From Candidatus Hydrogenedentota bacterium (GTDB taxonomy: Bacteria; Hydrogenedentota; Hydrogenedentia; Hydrogenedentales; JAEUWI01), in the NCBI GenBank assembly GCA_034669905.1, contig JAXMOL010000002.1, positions 96,001 through 160,000 on the forward strand: DNA of 64,000 nt, in the 5' to 3' direction. The translations under genes and the position numbers were made by a program. The notes below the pieces were generated by a model. The model searched no databases, was not told the origin of the DNA, and saw nothing but the letters and a program-made list of their open reading frames with translations. Below, one piece after another: positions 1 through 9,019 of the stretch; position 1 is the first letter of the stretch; each line of letters starts with the position of its first letter.

Positions 1-432
1 TTTGCCGGCGGCGGCGTCATGCCCATGGAAACCGCCACCGCCTCCGAACCCGATTCGCCCCCCTTTAAGGCGGTAAACCCCCACTTGCGCAGTCTTCGAG
101 AGCTTACGGGCTACTCCATCTTCGTCGATGACGAACGGGTCGGCCGGGTGGATGCCTTCATGTGTTATGACGACACCTGGGAAGTGCCTTTCCTGGTGGC
201 CAATGTGGGGGGCTGGTTCCACAAGGAGCGCCTCATGGTGCCCACGAAACGGGTCGGTGAGATTGCCTTTACGGAACACCGCCTCACCCTCAACATGCGG
301 GCCGACACGCTGGATGACCTGCCCACCTTTGACCCGGAAGCACCGGAAGCGGGCCGCATGGAAATGTGTGTCTATGACTACCGCGGCAAGATGGTGGCCC
401 ACGAGCCGGTGGAAGACAAACACCATCGCTAG
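1..432 (+). CDS. PRC-barrel domain protein (probably 5'-truncated by the window edge)
   Basis: Frame is open from base 1. HLRSLRELTGYSI..VGRVDAF..DDTWEVPFLVANVGGW..LMVP..I..LTLN resembles PRC-barrel repeats. Confidence 0.7.
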   Translation, partial: FAGGGVMPMETATASEPDSPPFKAVNPHLRSLRELTGYSIFVDDERVGRVDAFMCYDDTWEVPFLVANVGGWFHKERLMVPTKRVGEIAFTEHRLTLNMRADTLDDLPTFDPEAPEAGRMEMCVYDYRGKMVAHEPVEDKHHR

Positions 433-748
433 ACGCCGCCGAAACCGGCCCATTCCCCCGGGCGCCGGTCCCAGAGTCCGCTCTGTGGCCGTCGCCCGTT
501 CCCTTACGCGTCATCCCGCTGTATAAGAACTACACGAAGCGACTGTGTGAATAGTTTCCAGCCCACCCTCTTGCGCTCACGCCACGCCCGCCTTAGTCCA
601 CGAATTCCAGGCCTTTCCGCCGTTTTTCGCACCGGCGGGCCTTTTCGGCAAGACTCTTGCACTATCCCGGTAGACCGAAGTTGTCGTGTGCCGCTCAAAC
701 GATGTCATGGCACTCAACCGGAAAACCGGTGGAAAGAAGAGGTAACCC

Positions 749-1243
749 ATGAACACCCCCAAAGCCCAAACCGAAACCGTCACCTCCCTCGGACGGACCC
801 GCCAGGCCAGCCTCGGCGAAGTCGTCCAACGGCTCATCGAGATCCACGCCCAACTCGCCGCACACTACAGCCGCATGGCCCTCCGCGTGCCCGGCGACCG
901 CTTCGGACTCGTCCTCACCTTCCTCGCGGGCCACGAAATGGCCCTCGTGGACTACCTCCAGCAATTTATGAAGGACGCCTCCGAGACGGTGCTGCACCGC
1001 CGCTTCAAATACGTGCCCGACCTGGCCGGTGCCGACCTCTTTGAACGGCTCCTGAACCAATCCACCACCGACCTCGACGCCCTCGCCGAACGGCTCCAGG
1101 AAATCCACGACGCCATCGACGCCGTCTACGAGCCCCTCGACGGGAACCTGCTCCCCGAGGACCTGGCCGAAGTAGTCGACAAACTCCGCCTCCAGGAAAA
1201 AGAACACCTCATCGCCCAGCTCCGCGCCATTAATGATGAGTAA
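749..1243 (+). CDS. Hypothetical all-helical protein, possibly ferritin-like
   Basis: 164-aa ORF with AGAGG RBS and host-like GC3 codon bias; helical pattern with His/Glu residues. Confidence 0.55.
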   Translation: MNTPKAQTETVTSLGRTRQASLGEVVQRLIEIHAQLAAHYSRMALRVPGDRFGLVLTFLAGHEMALVDYLQQFMKDASETVLHRRFKYVPDLAGADLFERLLNQSTTDLDALAERLQEIHDAIDAVYEPLDGNLLPEDLAEVVDKLRLQEKEHLIAQLRAINDE

Positions 1244-1276
1244 CCGGCAGGGCGATAGCGCAGCAGGATAGCGAGC

Positions 1277-1324
1277 AAAAAGCACACCCCCACACGCCAG
1301 CGAATACGTGTGGGGGTGATTTTT
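1277..1324. terminator. Likely bidirectional intrinsic terminator
   Basis: 12-bp stem CACCCCCACACG (1285-1296)/CGTGTGGGGGTG (1307-1318), with an A-run before and a T-run after, between convergent genes. Confidence 0.6.
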
Positions 1325-1455
1325 GATTGAGGTGTGGGGTGGCTTAAGGGACGCCCGTGCACTGCCGGTAGATGACGCATCGAGACGCCGATTCAACAAT
1401 GCGCCTGACACTCCCCTCCTGGGAGGGGCCGGGGTGGGTTTGGCGCGAAGGGCGC

Positions 1456-2223
1456 TTACCGAAAAACATGCTCCCGGTGATAAGCCACGTATTCGGGATC
1501 CGGCAGAAAGCGATGGGGAGCGACAATGGGCTTACCGGCGACCGCCTGTATGGCTTCCGCATCGTCACGCGGCAGCGCCATCACCTCTGACGACACCACC
1601 ACCCGAGACGCCTCATCCAACGTAATAAGACCCCGGTCAAAGGCCCGGTCGTGAAGGGCGTTGAGACAGAGCCCATTGCGCGGGTCCGTGCGCGCCTCAG
1701 GACGTGCAGCCCACGGAACAATATGACTCGCGTTCAACAGCGACGGCACAGCGAGGCCGGTAATGCAACACCGGCTGTGATAGGACTCCAAAACCATCCT
1801 GCGAAAGAATCCCTGATTAACCCGCTGCTTCACCAGCGCCTCCCGCGTGGCACCCTCCGGCACCACCACCGCCTCGTCAGGACACTCCGCAGTCACTGTC
1901 TCCTCTAACGACACCTTCAAGCGCGCCGCGAGAAGCCGTTCACTCTCAAAGACCATCCCATCCCAATCTGCGAAGAACTCTTCCCACACCGCACGGTCGA
2001 GCTTGCTGGCGTTTGTGGCACCCTTTCGCGCCAAGGCGGGGTCTATACTCGCCAAGTTTGCGAGCTTATAACTCACCGAGCCGGGCGTTCGCCCAAGAAG
2101 CTCTGCCAACGCGATTATCTTGGGATTGCGGTAGTGAATACTCCCGAAGGAAATCTTACAGTAGAGGTTCATCGCGAGGATGAGTTCCTCACGCGTCCAT
2201 GCTCTGCCCCGTGCTGCGCTCAT
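1456..2223 (-). CDS. HNH endonuclease (putative restriction-type)
   Basis: C-terminal RVNQGFFRRMVL..Y..RCCITG..LLNASHIVPW..NGLCLNALHDRAFDRGLI motif. ATG at 2223 overlaps the upstream stop (ATGA). Confidence 0.85.
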   Translation of the reverse strand: MSAARGRAWTREELILAMNLYCKISFGSIHYRNPKIIALAELLGRTPGSVSYKLANLASIDPALARKGATNASKLDRAVWEEFFADWDGMVFESERLLAARLKVSLEETVTAECPDEAVVVPEGATREALVKQRVNQGFFRRMVLESYHSRCCITGLAVPSLLNASHIVPWAARPEARTDPRNGLCLNALHDRAFDRGLITLDEASRVVVSSEVMALPRDDAEAIQAVAGKPIVAPHRFLPDPEYVAYHREHVFR

Positions 2224-2555
2224 GCAAACTCCATCATTCGCGCCATCACGCGTCGGGTGCTCCAACGCGCCTTCCCTGCCAAAACAAAACGCGCTAGAAA
2301 CTCGCTCGCCGTTAGTTCAACCGTAGGCGAATCCTTCACAGGGCACACCGCTACAATTTCATGCCAAACATGGTCGCATTCGCGGTAGGGCAGCTCTTGC
2401 AAATCTTCCAGCCCAACCTCGGACGGCACGAAGAAATCTCCCTCGTAAAAGTGCTCTTGGAGTTGCTCTAACGTGACCTCCCCTTTGAGCACTACTTCAT
2501 TAAAAAGCTTGTAGTTGCCCCCGTCTCGGTACATATACTCGATGTGTGTATTCAC
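2220..2555 (-). CDS. Hypothetical protein
   Basis: 111-aa ORF (YRDGGNYK..F.PSEVGL.DLQ..DHVWHE) translationally coupled to the HNH gene. Confidence 0.6.
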   Translation of the reverse strand: MNTHIEYMYRDGGNYKLFNEVVLKGEVTLEQLQEHFYEGDFFVPSEVGLEDLQELPYRECDHVWHEIVAVCPVKDSPTVELTASEFLARFVLAGKARWSTRRVMARMMEFA

Positions 2556-3224
2556 TAGTCGCTCCCGGTTGCGCCGGACATCGCGGTCGTCTCTTGCTCA
2601 ACGTATTCCTAATACACTATCTCAAACAAACAGCCCTCTTGAATTCTTGGCATGCTTTCTATCAGGGTCCATCCCACTTCCATTCTCAGACATTTGATTG
2701 CCAATTATGCAGTAAAGTAAATTGATTCCACTTAACTTAGCACATTATTCTAGCTTGCAAACAAGCACGACATTATGTGCCAATAAACATCAGATTAGGA
2801 TTTACCAATGAGTGACCAATCCGACGAGAGTGAGTTGGAAATAGAGGACGAGAATGATGAACCCGAAGCCCGAGTCAACTATGAAATCGCGACGTACCCG
2901 TCCGATTTTACACTTTCTGGCATCGCCCAGATGTGGAAGGACGGTGATATTGACATCCCGGACTTCCAGAGAGAGTTTGTTTGGTCCATTAAACAGTCTT
3001 CGCTGCTGATTGACTCATTCTTGTGCGGCCTCCCGGTACCGCCCGTATTTTTTTATATTGATGAGAAAAATAAGAATCTTGTCATTGATGGTCAGCAAAG
3101 AATTCTTAGTATAGTCTTCTACATCTCTGAGGGTTACTTTGGCAAAGAAAGCACACATGGAAAGAGAAGTGGACCCCATAGTTTGGACACGTGATCGTGT
3201 TTCTTAAGTGTATCCGCTTTGGGG

Positions 3225-4052
3225 TTATGCCGATGCCTTTGCTTCGGCGCTGATTGATTGGTAGTAGAAGGTATCTGGAGTCATCTTTTCAAGGGCCTGG
3301 TGTTTTCTCCTATGGTTGTAGAATTCCATCCACTGTCGGATGCGTTGTCGGGCGTGGGGAATACTTTCGTAAGCGTTAAGGTAGACCTCCTCATACTTCA
3401 GGCTCCGCCAAAGGCGTTCGATGAATACGTTGTCGACCCAGCGTCCTTTTCCGTCCATGCTGATTTGTACCCCGGCGTCTTTGAGCACTTGGGTGAAGGC
3501 TTCGCTGGTGAACTGGCAGCCCTGGTCCGTGTTGAAGATCTCCGGGGTGCCGTATTTGTGTAGTGCTTCATGGAGTGCCGCCACGCAGAAGTCCGTATCT
3601 AGCGTGTTGGAGAGTCGCCAACTGAGAACCTTTCTGCTGTGCCAGTCCATGATGGCGACCAGGTATATGAAGCCCTTGCGCATAGGGATGTAGGTTATGT
3701 CTGAACACCAGACGTGATTGGCGTGATCGATGTTCAGGTTGCGAAGCAGATAAGGATACACCTTGTGGGCGTGATTGGCACGACTCGTATTGGGCCTTGG
3801 GTACAGGGTCCTCATACCCATTCGGCGCATGAGTCGCTGTACCTTCTTCCGGTTGATGACATAGCCCTCCTCGGCGAGTTCGTCCACGATACGGCGGCTA
3901 CCATAGCACGGCAAACGAAGATGAATCTTGTCCATCGCAGCCATGAGCATCTCGTCGTAGGACCGGTCCACCGTCGGCTGATAGTAGGCGGAGGAACGGG
4001 GCACCGACAACAGGGCACATCGTCGATTCAGGGGTAATTTGTGGGCCTTCAT
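3225..4052 (-). CDS. IS3 OrfB, DDE integrase core
   Basis: WCSDITYI, NTDQGCQFTS, DNVFIERLWRSLKYE motifs. Confidence 0.95.
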   Translation of the reverse strand: MKAHKLPLNRRCALLSVPRSSAYYQPTVDRSYDEMLMAAMDKIHLRLPCYGSRRIVDELAEEGYVINRKKVQRLMRRMGMRTLYPRPNTSRANHAHKVYPYLLRNLNIDHANHVWCSDITYIPMRKGFIYLVAIMDWHSRKVLSWRLSNTLDTDFCVAALHEALHKYGTPEIFNTDQGCQFTSEAFTQVLKDAGVQISMDGKGRWVDNVFIERLWRSLKYEEVYLNAYESIPHARQRIRQWMEFYNHRRKHQALEKMTPDTFYYQSISAEAKASA

Positions 4053-4078
4053 AACGATTTCTTTGCGCTGCGCCCGGT

Positions 4079-4360
4079 CTAACGACCGAGCGCTTTGGCT
4101 AAAAAATCGTTTTCAAGCGTCAGCTGTCCAATCTTGGCGTGGAGCTTTTCCGTGTCGGCCTCGTTCAACCGACGGGTGTCCTCCGTCGAGCCAAAGACAC
4201 CAACCGCTTGCTCAGAAAGCTGCTGTTTCCACTGCTTCACCTGGTTCGGGTGGACATCGAAGCGTTCCGCCAACTCCGCCAAGGTCCCTTCCTCAGACAA
4301 AGCCGCCAGGGCCACTTTTGCTTTAAATGCCGGCGCATGATTCCGTCGTTTACGTCGCAT
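4079..4360 (-). CDS. IS3 OrfA (HTH)
   Basis: [50 protein letters not shown] upstream. Confidence 0.92.
   Translation of the reverse strand: MRRKRRNHAPAFKAKVALAALSEEGTLAELAERFDVHPNQVKQWKQQLSEQAVGVFGSTEDTRRLNEADTEKLHAKIGQLTLENDFLAKALGR
4100..4106 (-). other. -1 ribosomal frameshift heptamer T_TTT_TTA joining OrfA and OrfB
   Basis: A -1 shift at GAT TTT TTA gives [20 protein letters not shown], which runs in frame into orfB. Confidence 0.75.
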
Positions 4361-5174
4361 AGTTCTATCTCCTTGCTTCAAAGAATACGTCAGGAGATAC
4401 ACTTAACGCACTGTCCAGTTTTCGGGGTCCACTTCTAAGAGACAGGTTTTCCGACTAACCGGACTCGGAGACAACAGCCCGTATGACAAGAAGACCTTCA
4501 AGGAACTCAGTGAATCCGACCAAAGAAAACTAAAGCATTCAGTACTCCGCGCAGTAAATATAAGGCAACTCAATCCCGTTGGAGAGAGCACTAGCATATA
4601 CCACATATTTGAGCGCCTAAACACCGGCGGAATACCTCTTAAACCTCAGGAAATACGAAACTGTGTGTTTAGGGGAGAGCTATGTCAATTCCTAAAAGCC
4701 GCGAACACTGATCCCAATTGGAGAAAGCTCATAGGCCGAAAGCACTTGGACAAGCACCAACGTGATGTCGAATTTGTTCTCCGAGTTCTTGCCCTTACTA
4801 GCTCCTCGGGCGAGTACGAGAAGCCGATGAAGGAATTTCTCAATAGTGAAATGAGTAAGAATATTACAGGGAAGTCGCAAAGTGTTCGAAGATTCTTCAA
4901 AGCATTTCCAACAATTACACGAACTCTTGCAAATCAACTCGGCGAAAAGCCTTTTCATATACGCGGCCCGCTTAATATTTCCGTATTAGATTCCGTCATG
5001 GCTGTTCTATTGGAGCACCCTCAGAAAACAAACAAACTAAAAGGCTTGAAAGAAAAATACGAAAGCTTGATCAATGATGCAGAGTTCCTCGAGGCAGCAA
5101 CTGTAAATACAACTGACACAAAAACTGTAAATACTCGTCTAGGAATCGTCCGAAGGGCGTTGCTCGGTGATTGA

Positions 5175-5681
5175 ATGTCATACTCGGACCATTTTAAGCA
5201 TGCGGATGATATAATCACACATTGGAAGACAACAGTCCCTAAGATTTCCGACGATTTGCTGAAAACTAAATATGTCGGTTTTTCTGCTATTGCTGGGGTA
5301 ACCGTATACGAGTTGGCGATTAAGCAAATCCTTACTGAATTTGCCGCTCGCAAACACAAGGTCCTTGGCAATTATGCGGGGAGTCACTTGACCCGCATGA
5401 ATGGAAAGATAAAAATATGTGACCTACGGAAAGACTTTGTACGCAAATTTGGGGACATATATGCCAATAGGTTTGATCGTATCTTGAAGGAAAAACAACG
5501 GCTGTACCTTATTGCCCAAAAGAGAGACTTCAGAAACTCCTACGCCAATATGATTAATTGGCGAAACTCCTTTGCCCACGAAGGTAACACTAATGCGACT
5601 GCTACATTCCAAGAAGTTGTCAGTGCATACGAAGATGGCAAACAGGTAATTCACTGCCTCGCTAAGACAATGACCAGATAA
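5175..5681 (+). CDS. HEPN-domain protein (putative RNase)
   Basis: R-x4-H motif WRNSFAHEG near the C-terminus of a helical 168-aa protein. ATG directly follows the DUF262 stop codon. Confidence 0.8.
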   Translation: MSYSDHFKHADDIITHWKTTVPKISDDLLKTKYVGFSAIAGVTVYELAIKQILTEFAARKHKVLGNYAGSHLTRMNGKIKICDLRKDFVRKFGDIYANRFDRILKEKQRLYLIAQKRDFRNSYANMINWRNSFAHEGNTNATATFQEVVSAYEDGKQVIHCLAKTMTR

Positions 5682-5918
5682 GGATACAAACGCGGCCCTC
5701 TGTCACTATCGAACTACTCCCCAAGACCGCCAGGTCCGGCAAAGAGGTCAATAATCGGAATTTTTTCGGACATGCGATAGATCTTTTCCAGGTAATAGCT
5801 TTCGAAGGAGCCCGATTATGCTACGCAACCGCCCCTGCCGCTAGGTTATGCGCCGCTCAAACCCGTCGTGTGGCATCCAGTGGTGTTAAAGAGATGTCGC
5901 CGAGCGATTGGCGCCGCG

Positions 5919-6063
5919 TTTTTGTGGGACGAGTGGGACGGTCGAATAGTGAATGATGAATTGAGAATAGTGAATTGACTGTCTCGTCTTTCGGTGCCAC
6001 ATCATCTGAACGACACAGGTCCCACAGGTCCCACAGGTCCCACAGGTCCCACAGGTCCTACAG
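5919..6063. repeat. Palindromic cassette of short-period repeats
   Basis: TGTGGGACGAGTGGGAC, then GAATAGT-type 7-mers, then five tandem CACAGGTCC (6014-6058). Confidence 0.85.
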
Positions 6064-6081
6064 AATCGGGTGAGCCCTGCT

Positions 6082-6660
6082 TTAATCCTCGTCGTGCCGT
6101 CGTCCCTTTTGCCCATCCCGAATTGCGAGGCGGGCCCTGGTCATGCGTTCGCGGAGGCCGCCGTGCTCGAGGAATTCTTTTTCGAGATGGCGTAGCTGTC
6201 GGTTGAGCAGGTAGGTGGTCTGGTGAATCAGACAAATCACAATATTTGCCACCGTCTCGGGCGGGCGGGTGGTGAGGAAGGGTTCGAAGGTGGCGTAGGT
6301 CACGCCCTCGCCTTGGCTCAGGCGGCGCACGTAGCGCGCTTCTTTGCTTTCCTTGTCCCAGAGGTCCCCGTCGTGGGTGCGCAGGTAGTCGAGGTAGTCG
6401 GCGAGGAGCTCTTCCAGGCTGGCGCGGGCGACGTTGGTCAGCTTGATTTCCATTTCCTTGGAGGTGCCGGCCGCCTGGCTGCCTTCGATGATGTTCTGCT
6501 TTCCCGAGCGCGCCGCCTGGACCATCTGGTCATAGGTGCGGTCCCGTTTGCTCAGAAATCGCCGACAGAAACAGACGGTGGCGTCGTAGACGATTTCTGA
6601 CTTCTGGTAGGAAAGGAGGTGGGCGTAGCCGCCGTGTTTTGGTATGAAGCCCTCGCTCAT
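6082..6660 (-). CDS. Four-helix-bundle protein, 'suffix-domain' type (23S-IVP/Avd-like superfamily)
   Basis: GGY..LLSYQK.EIVYDAT..FC.RFL..DRTYDQMVQAARSGKQNIIEGS..TNVARASLEELL.DY..F..GGLRERMTRAR. Confidence 0.85.
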   Translation of the reverse strand: MSEGFIPKHGGYAHLLSYQKSEIVYDATVCFCRRFLSKRDRTYDQMVQAARSGKQNIIEGSQAAGTSKEMEIKLTNVARASLEELLADYLDYLRTHDGDLWDKESKEARYVRRLSQGEGVTYATFEPFLTTRPPETVANIVICLIHQTTYLLNRQLRHLEKEFLEHGGLRERMTRARLAIRDGQKGRRHDED

Positions 6661-6735
6661 GATAACCGCCCCGCTATGCGTGTGTTGTGGTTTACTCCCT
6701 GGATGATGATAGAAACGCGGGGCGGGTTTCCAGTT

Positions 6736-6977
6736 TTTTGTGGGACGAGTGGGACTTGTGGGACCGGTGAGACAGCCGAAAAGAGAATTGATTGTCTCGT
6801 CGTGCGGCAGAGTCTTTCCGGAGTGAATTTAGAACCCCAGAAACTTTACTGGATTCCCGCATGCGCGGGAATGACAAATCGCCACCTCGAACGGGGTCGT
6901 GGGCCCGGTGAGCCTGCGTGGTCTACCTGACGTCGTCAGGCCGTCCCACAGGTCTCACCGGTCCCACTCGTCCCACA
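6736..6977. repeat. Second palindromic 9-mer cassette enclosing an ATTCCCGC..GCGGGAAT hairpin
   Basis: 6739-6773 is an imperfect inverse of 6943-6977. TGGATTCCCGCATGCGCGGGAATGAC at 6850-6875. Confidence 0.8.
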
Positions 6978-7007
6978 TAACTTCAAAAAGGACCCTCGGC
7001 CTTCAGC

Positions 7008-7082
7008 CTATTTCCATTTAATTTTCGCCACATACACCGAGTTATCCGAGCCATATTTCTCGATGCCCACGGGCTGCATCCA
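7008..7082 (-). repeat. Duplicated 3' end (24 codons + stop) of the 7618-8787 gene
   Basis: 69/75 identical to 7618-7692; all six differences are synonymous. Confidence 0.95.
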
Positions 7083-7619
7083 AGGGAGTACTGAATGATG
7101 AATTGAGAATAGTGAATTAATAGGACAAACTCACTTTTCTCTTCCTACTGCGCAGCTATAGAGCGCCGTTCATAAACCTTGATTCTTTTTGGTTTTCATC
7201 ACAATTACGACGAGTATACTCACAATTTCGTTGGCTTCCGTGACCATATCCTGCAGCTGCTTTTCCGAGCACAGTTCCACCGCCTGCAACAGCCGCAACC
7301 AATAGAGCGTTTCGCGGGCCTCTTTCAGTGCTATCGCCATTTTCGAAATGAAATCGGCTCTGCTTTGGCCTCCCTGCGCCTCCTCCACATTGGCACCTAT
7401 AGAGGTCCCAGCGCGCAGCAACTGGTTCGCCAAAGTCCGGGAGACACCTGGATTCTTGTCGAGAAACTGCGCCAACCTCACGACCCGGACCGCGAAGTTA
7501 AATGTCCGAGCGGTAATGTGCTCCTGAACCGCCAACTTGTCAGCCCTTCGCTATCTTTGAAACTGCGCCGCTCATTTCACAAAAATTCACTATTCTAAAT
7601 TCGCTATTCTCTACTCCCT
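7083..7619 (-). mobile_element. Putative IR-bounded mini-cassette carrying a four-helix-bundle gene
   Basis: 36-bp imperfect IRs at 7083-7118 and 7584-7619, abutting the two copies of the host-gene 3' end. Confidence 0.6.
7170..7535 (-). CDS. Four-helix-bundle protein (23S rRNA IVP / TIGR02436-like)
   Basis: RTFNFAVRVV..QLLRAGTSIGANVEEAQGGQSRADFISKMAIALKEARETLYWLRLL. Confidence 0.9.
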   Translation of the reverse strand: MAVQEHITARTFNFAVRVVRLAQFLDKNPGVSRTLANQLLRAGTSIGANVEEAQGGQSRADFISKMAIALKEARETLYWLRLLQAVELCSEKQLQDMVTEANEIVSILVVIVMKTKKNQGL

Positions 7620-8787
7620 ATTTCCATTTGATCTTGGCCACATACACCGAATTATCCGAGCCGTATTTTTCGATGCCCACGGGCTGCATCCATTCGGCGA
7701 CGCTGACCCAGGTTTCGTTGTCGCTCACTTTGGTGACGGCGAAGTTACCGAGGCGGGCGCCGCGTTCGGGGACGAGGATGCGTTCGGTGCTGCGGATGAC
7801 TTGCAGCGTGTCGGGGTTGACCTGGGCCATGAAGAGGGGTGCGCGGTGACGGAAGACGTGGTCGTTGTTGGCACCACGGCGGGTGTAGACCAGGAAGAGG
7901 CCGTCGGGGTGGGTGACCCAGTGTTGCTGGGTGTTGTAGGAGCCCAGCTCTTCGCCGTCGTCGAAGGTCCAGGGCTTGGCTTCGTCGAAGTGGAGGCCGT
8001 CGCTACCGCTGGTGACGTAGCCCTTCACATCGTTGCGGAGGGTGAGGAAAAAGCGGCCCTTGTATTCGGCGAGGGAGGGCTCGGGAAAGCCGCGTTCCAC
8101 GGGCACGGTGTGCATGCTGCCGTGCTCGACGTAGGAGAGGGTGTCGCCGTCAAAGCGGGCGCGCACCACGGTGGCGCTGTATTGCTTGGTGTCTTTCCCC
8201 TTGAAATAAATGGGCAGCAGGATGTCGCCATTGGGCAGGTCGACGCGCTGGGTGCAACCGGCGCCGTTGTTGAAGAAGTAGGGCTCGTCGGGCATCTCCA
8301 TGTTCTTCCACGTGGACCAGGTGCGGGCTTCGGGATTGTAGACCGAATAGGCGGTCGTCCGGGCCCGGTTGGTGTGGATGAGCTTGTTGTCCTTGTTGTA
8401 CATGGCGGTGTGGCCCGTGCCCAGGAGCTTGCCGGTGGCGGCGTGCCACTTGGGGGTGAAGTCACAGATGACCGCCGTGCCGCCGTCACCATAGGGGATG
8501 CGCCCGAGGTTTTCGTGCTCGGTGGGTCCGCTCCAGGTCTTGCCACCGTCGTCGGTCCGCATTTCGTTGAGGGCGTAGAAAATATCCGAGCCACTCAGGA
8601 GGAGCTTCTGCATGGTGAGCACCACCGTGGGCGTTTCCCCCGGGATGGTCCCCGCACGGGGATGGACCCAGCAGGTTTCTTTGTCGAATCCCGAGCTGAT
8701 GGTCTGTAAATCGATATCGTAATCGACGGCGGTTACGGGCAGTAGTCCGATAGTCAAAGCCAATGCCGTTATATAGCGTGTAATCAT
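7618..8787 (-). CDS. Secreted sialidase-like / BNR-repeat beta-propeller protein
   Basis: Signal peptide; Asp-box motifs TDDGGKTW and SDGLHF; AAGGAG RBS. Confidence 0.75.
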   Translation of the reverse strand: MITRYITALALTIGLLPVTAVDYDIDLQTISSGFDKETCWVHPRAGTIPGETPTVVLTMQKLLLSGSDIFYALNEMRTDDGGKTWSGPTEHENLGRIPYGDGGTAVICDFTPKWHAATGKLLGTGHTAMYNKDNKLIHTNRARTTAYSVYNPEARTWSTWKNMEMPDEPYFFNNGAGCTQRVDLPNGDILLPIYFKGKDTKQYSATVVRARFDGDTLSYVEHGSMHTVPVERGFPEPSLAEYKGRFFLTLRNDVKGYVTSGSDGLHFDEAKPWTFDDGEELGSYNTQQHWVTHPDGLFLVYTRRGANNDHVFRHRAPLFMAQVNPDTLQVIRSTERILVPERGARLGNFAVTKVSDNETWVSVAEWMQPVGIEKYGSDNSVYVAKIKWK

Positions 8788-9019
8788 GTCTTCTCCTTCA
8801 GCGTTTGCGCTGTTGTCCTTTACGTCCTTGAGGTCGTTTGTGTCTTTTTTAAACTAGTCGCTCGCCTTCGGCGTTGCCGCAGTAGCGGCAAGGCAGGTAT
8901 TCCTACGGGGGACCGTAGGAACAAGGCATTTCGGTTATGCCGGCGGGCCGCCGGCGCTCCATAGAATTCCCAATTCTAAATTCTAAATTCACTATTCAAA
9001 ATTCACCATTCTAACTTCT

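Larger units (their letters stand above)
3165..4436 (-). mobile_element. IS3-family insertion sequence (1272 bp)
   Basis: Imperfect 26-bp terminal IRs (AGAAGTGGACCCCATAGTTTGGACAC / AGAAGTGGACCCCGAAAACTGGACAG); direct repeat AAG at 3162-3164 and 4437-4439; orfA/orfB layout. Confidence 0.95.
2808..5174 (+). pseudogene. DUF262 (ParB-like/GmrS-type) protein interrupted by IS3
   Basis: N-terminal part 2808-3164 has IPDFQREFVW and VIDGQQR. C-terminal part 4440-5174 has IFERLNTGG..L.PQEIRN. Removing the IS and one AAG copy restores a 363-aa frame (..THGK-RQVFRL..). Confidence 0.9.

Noticed and set aside
4665..5174. Independent 169-aa gene
   Set aside because: It is the C-terminal part of the IS-split DUF262 gene; the frame is open back to the IS end.
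5886..6235. Collagen-like GPT-repeat or CGT-repeat ORFs
   Set aside because: By-products of the non-coding 9-bp tandem repeat; some overlap the four-helix gene.
6082..7692. Diversity-generating retroelement (Avd-like genes plus a duplicated gene 3' end resembling TR/VR)
   Set aside because: No reverse transcriptase in the window, and the six mismatches are synonymous and not confined to adenines of either copy.
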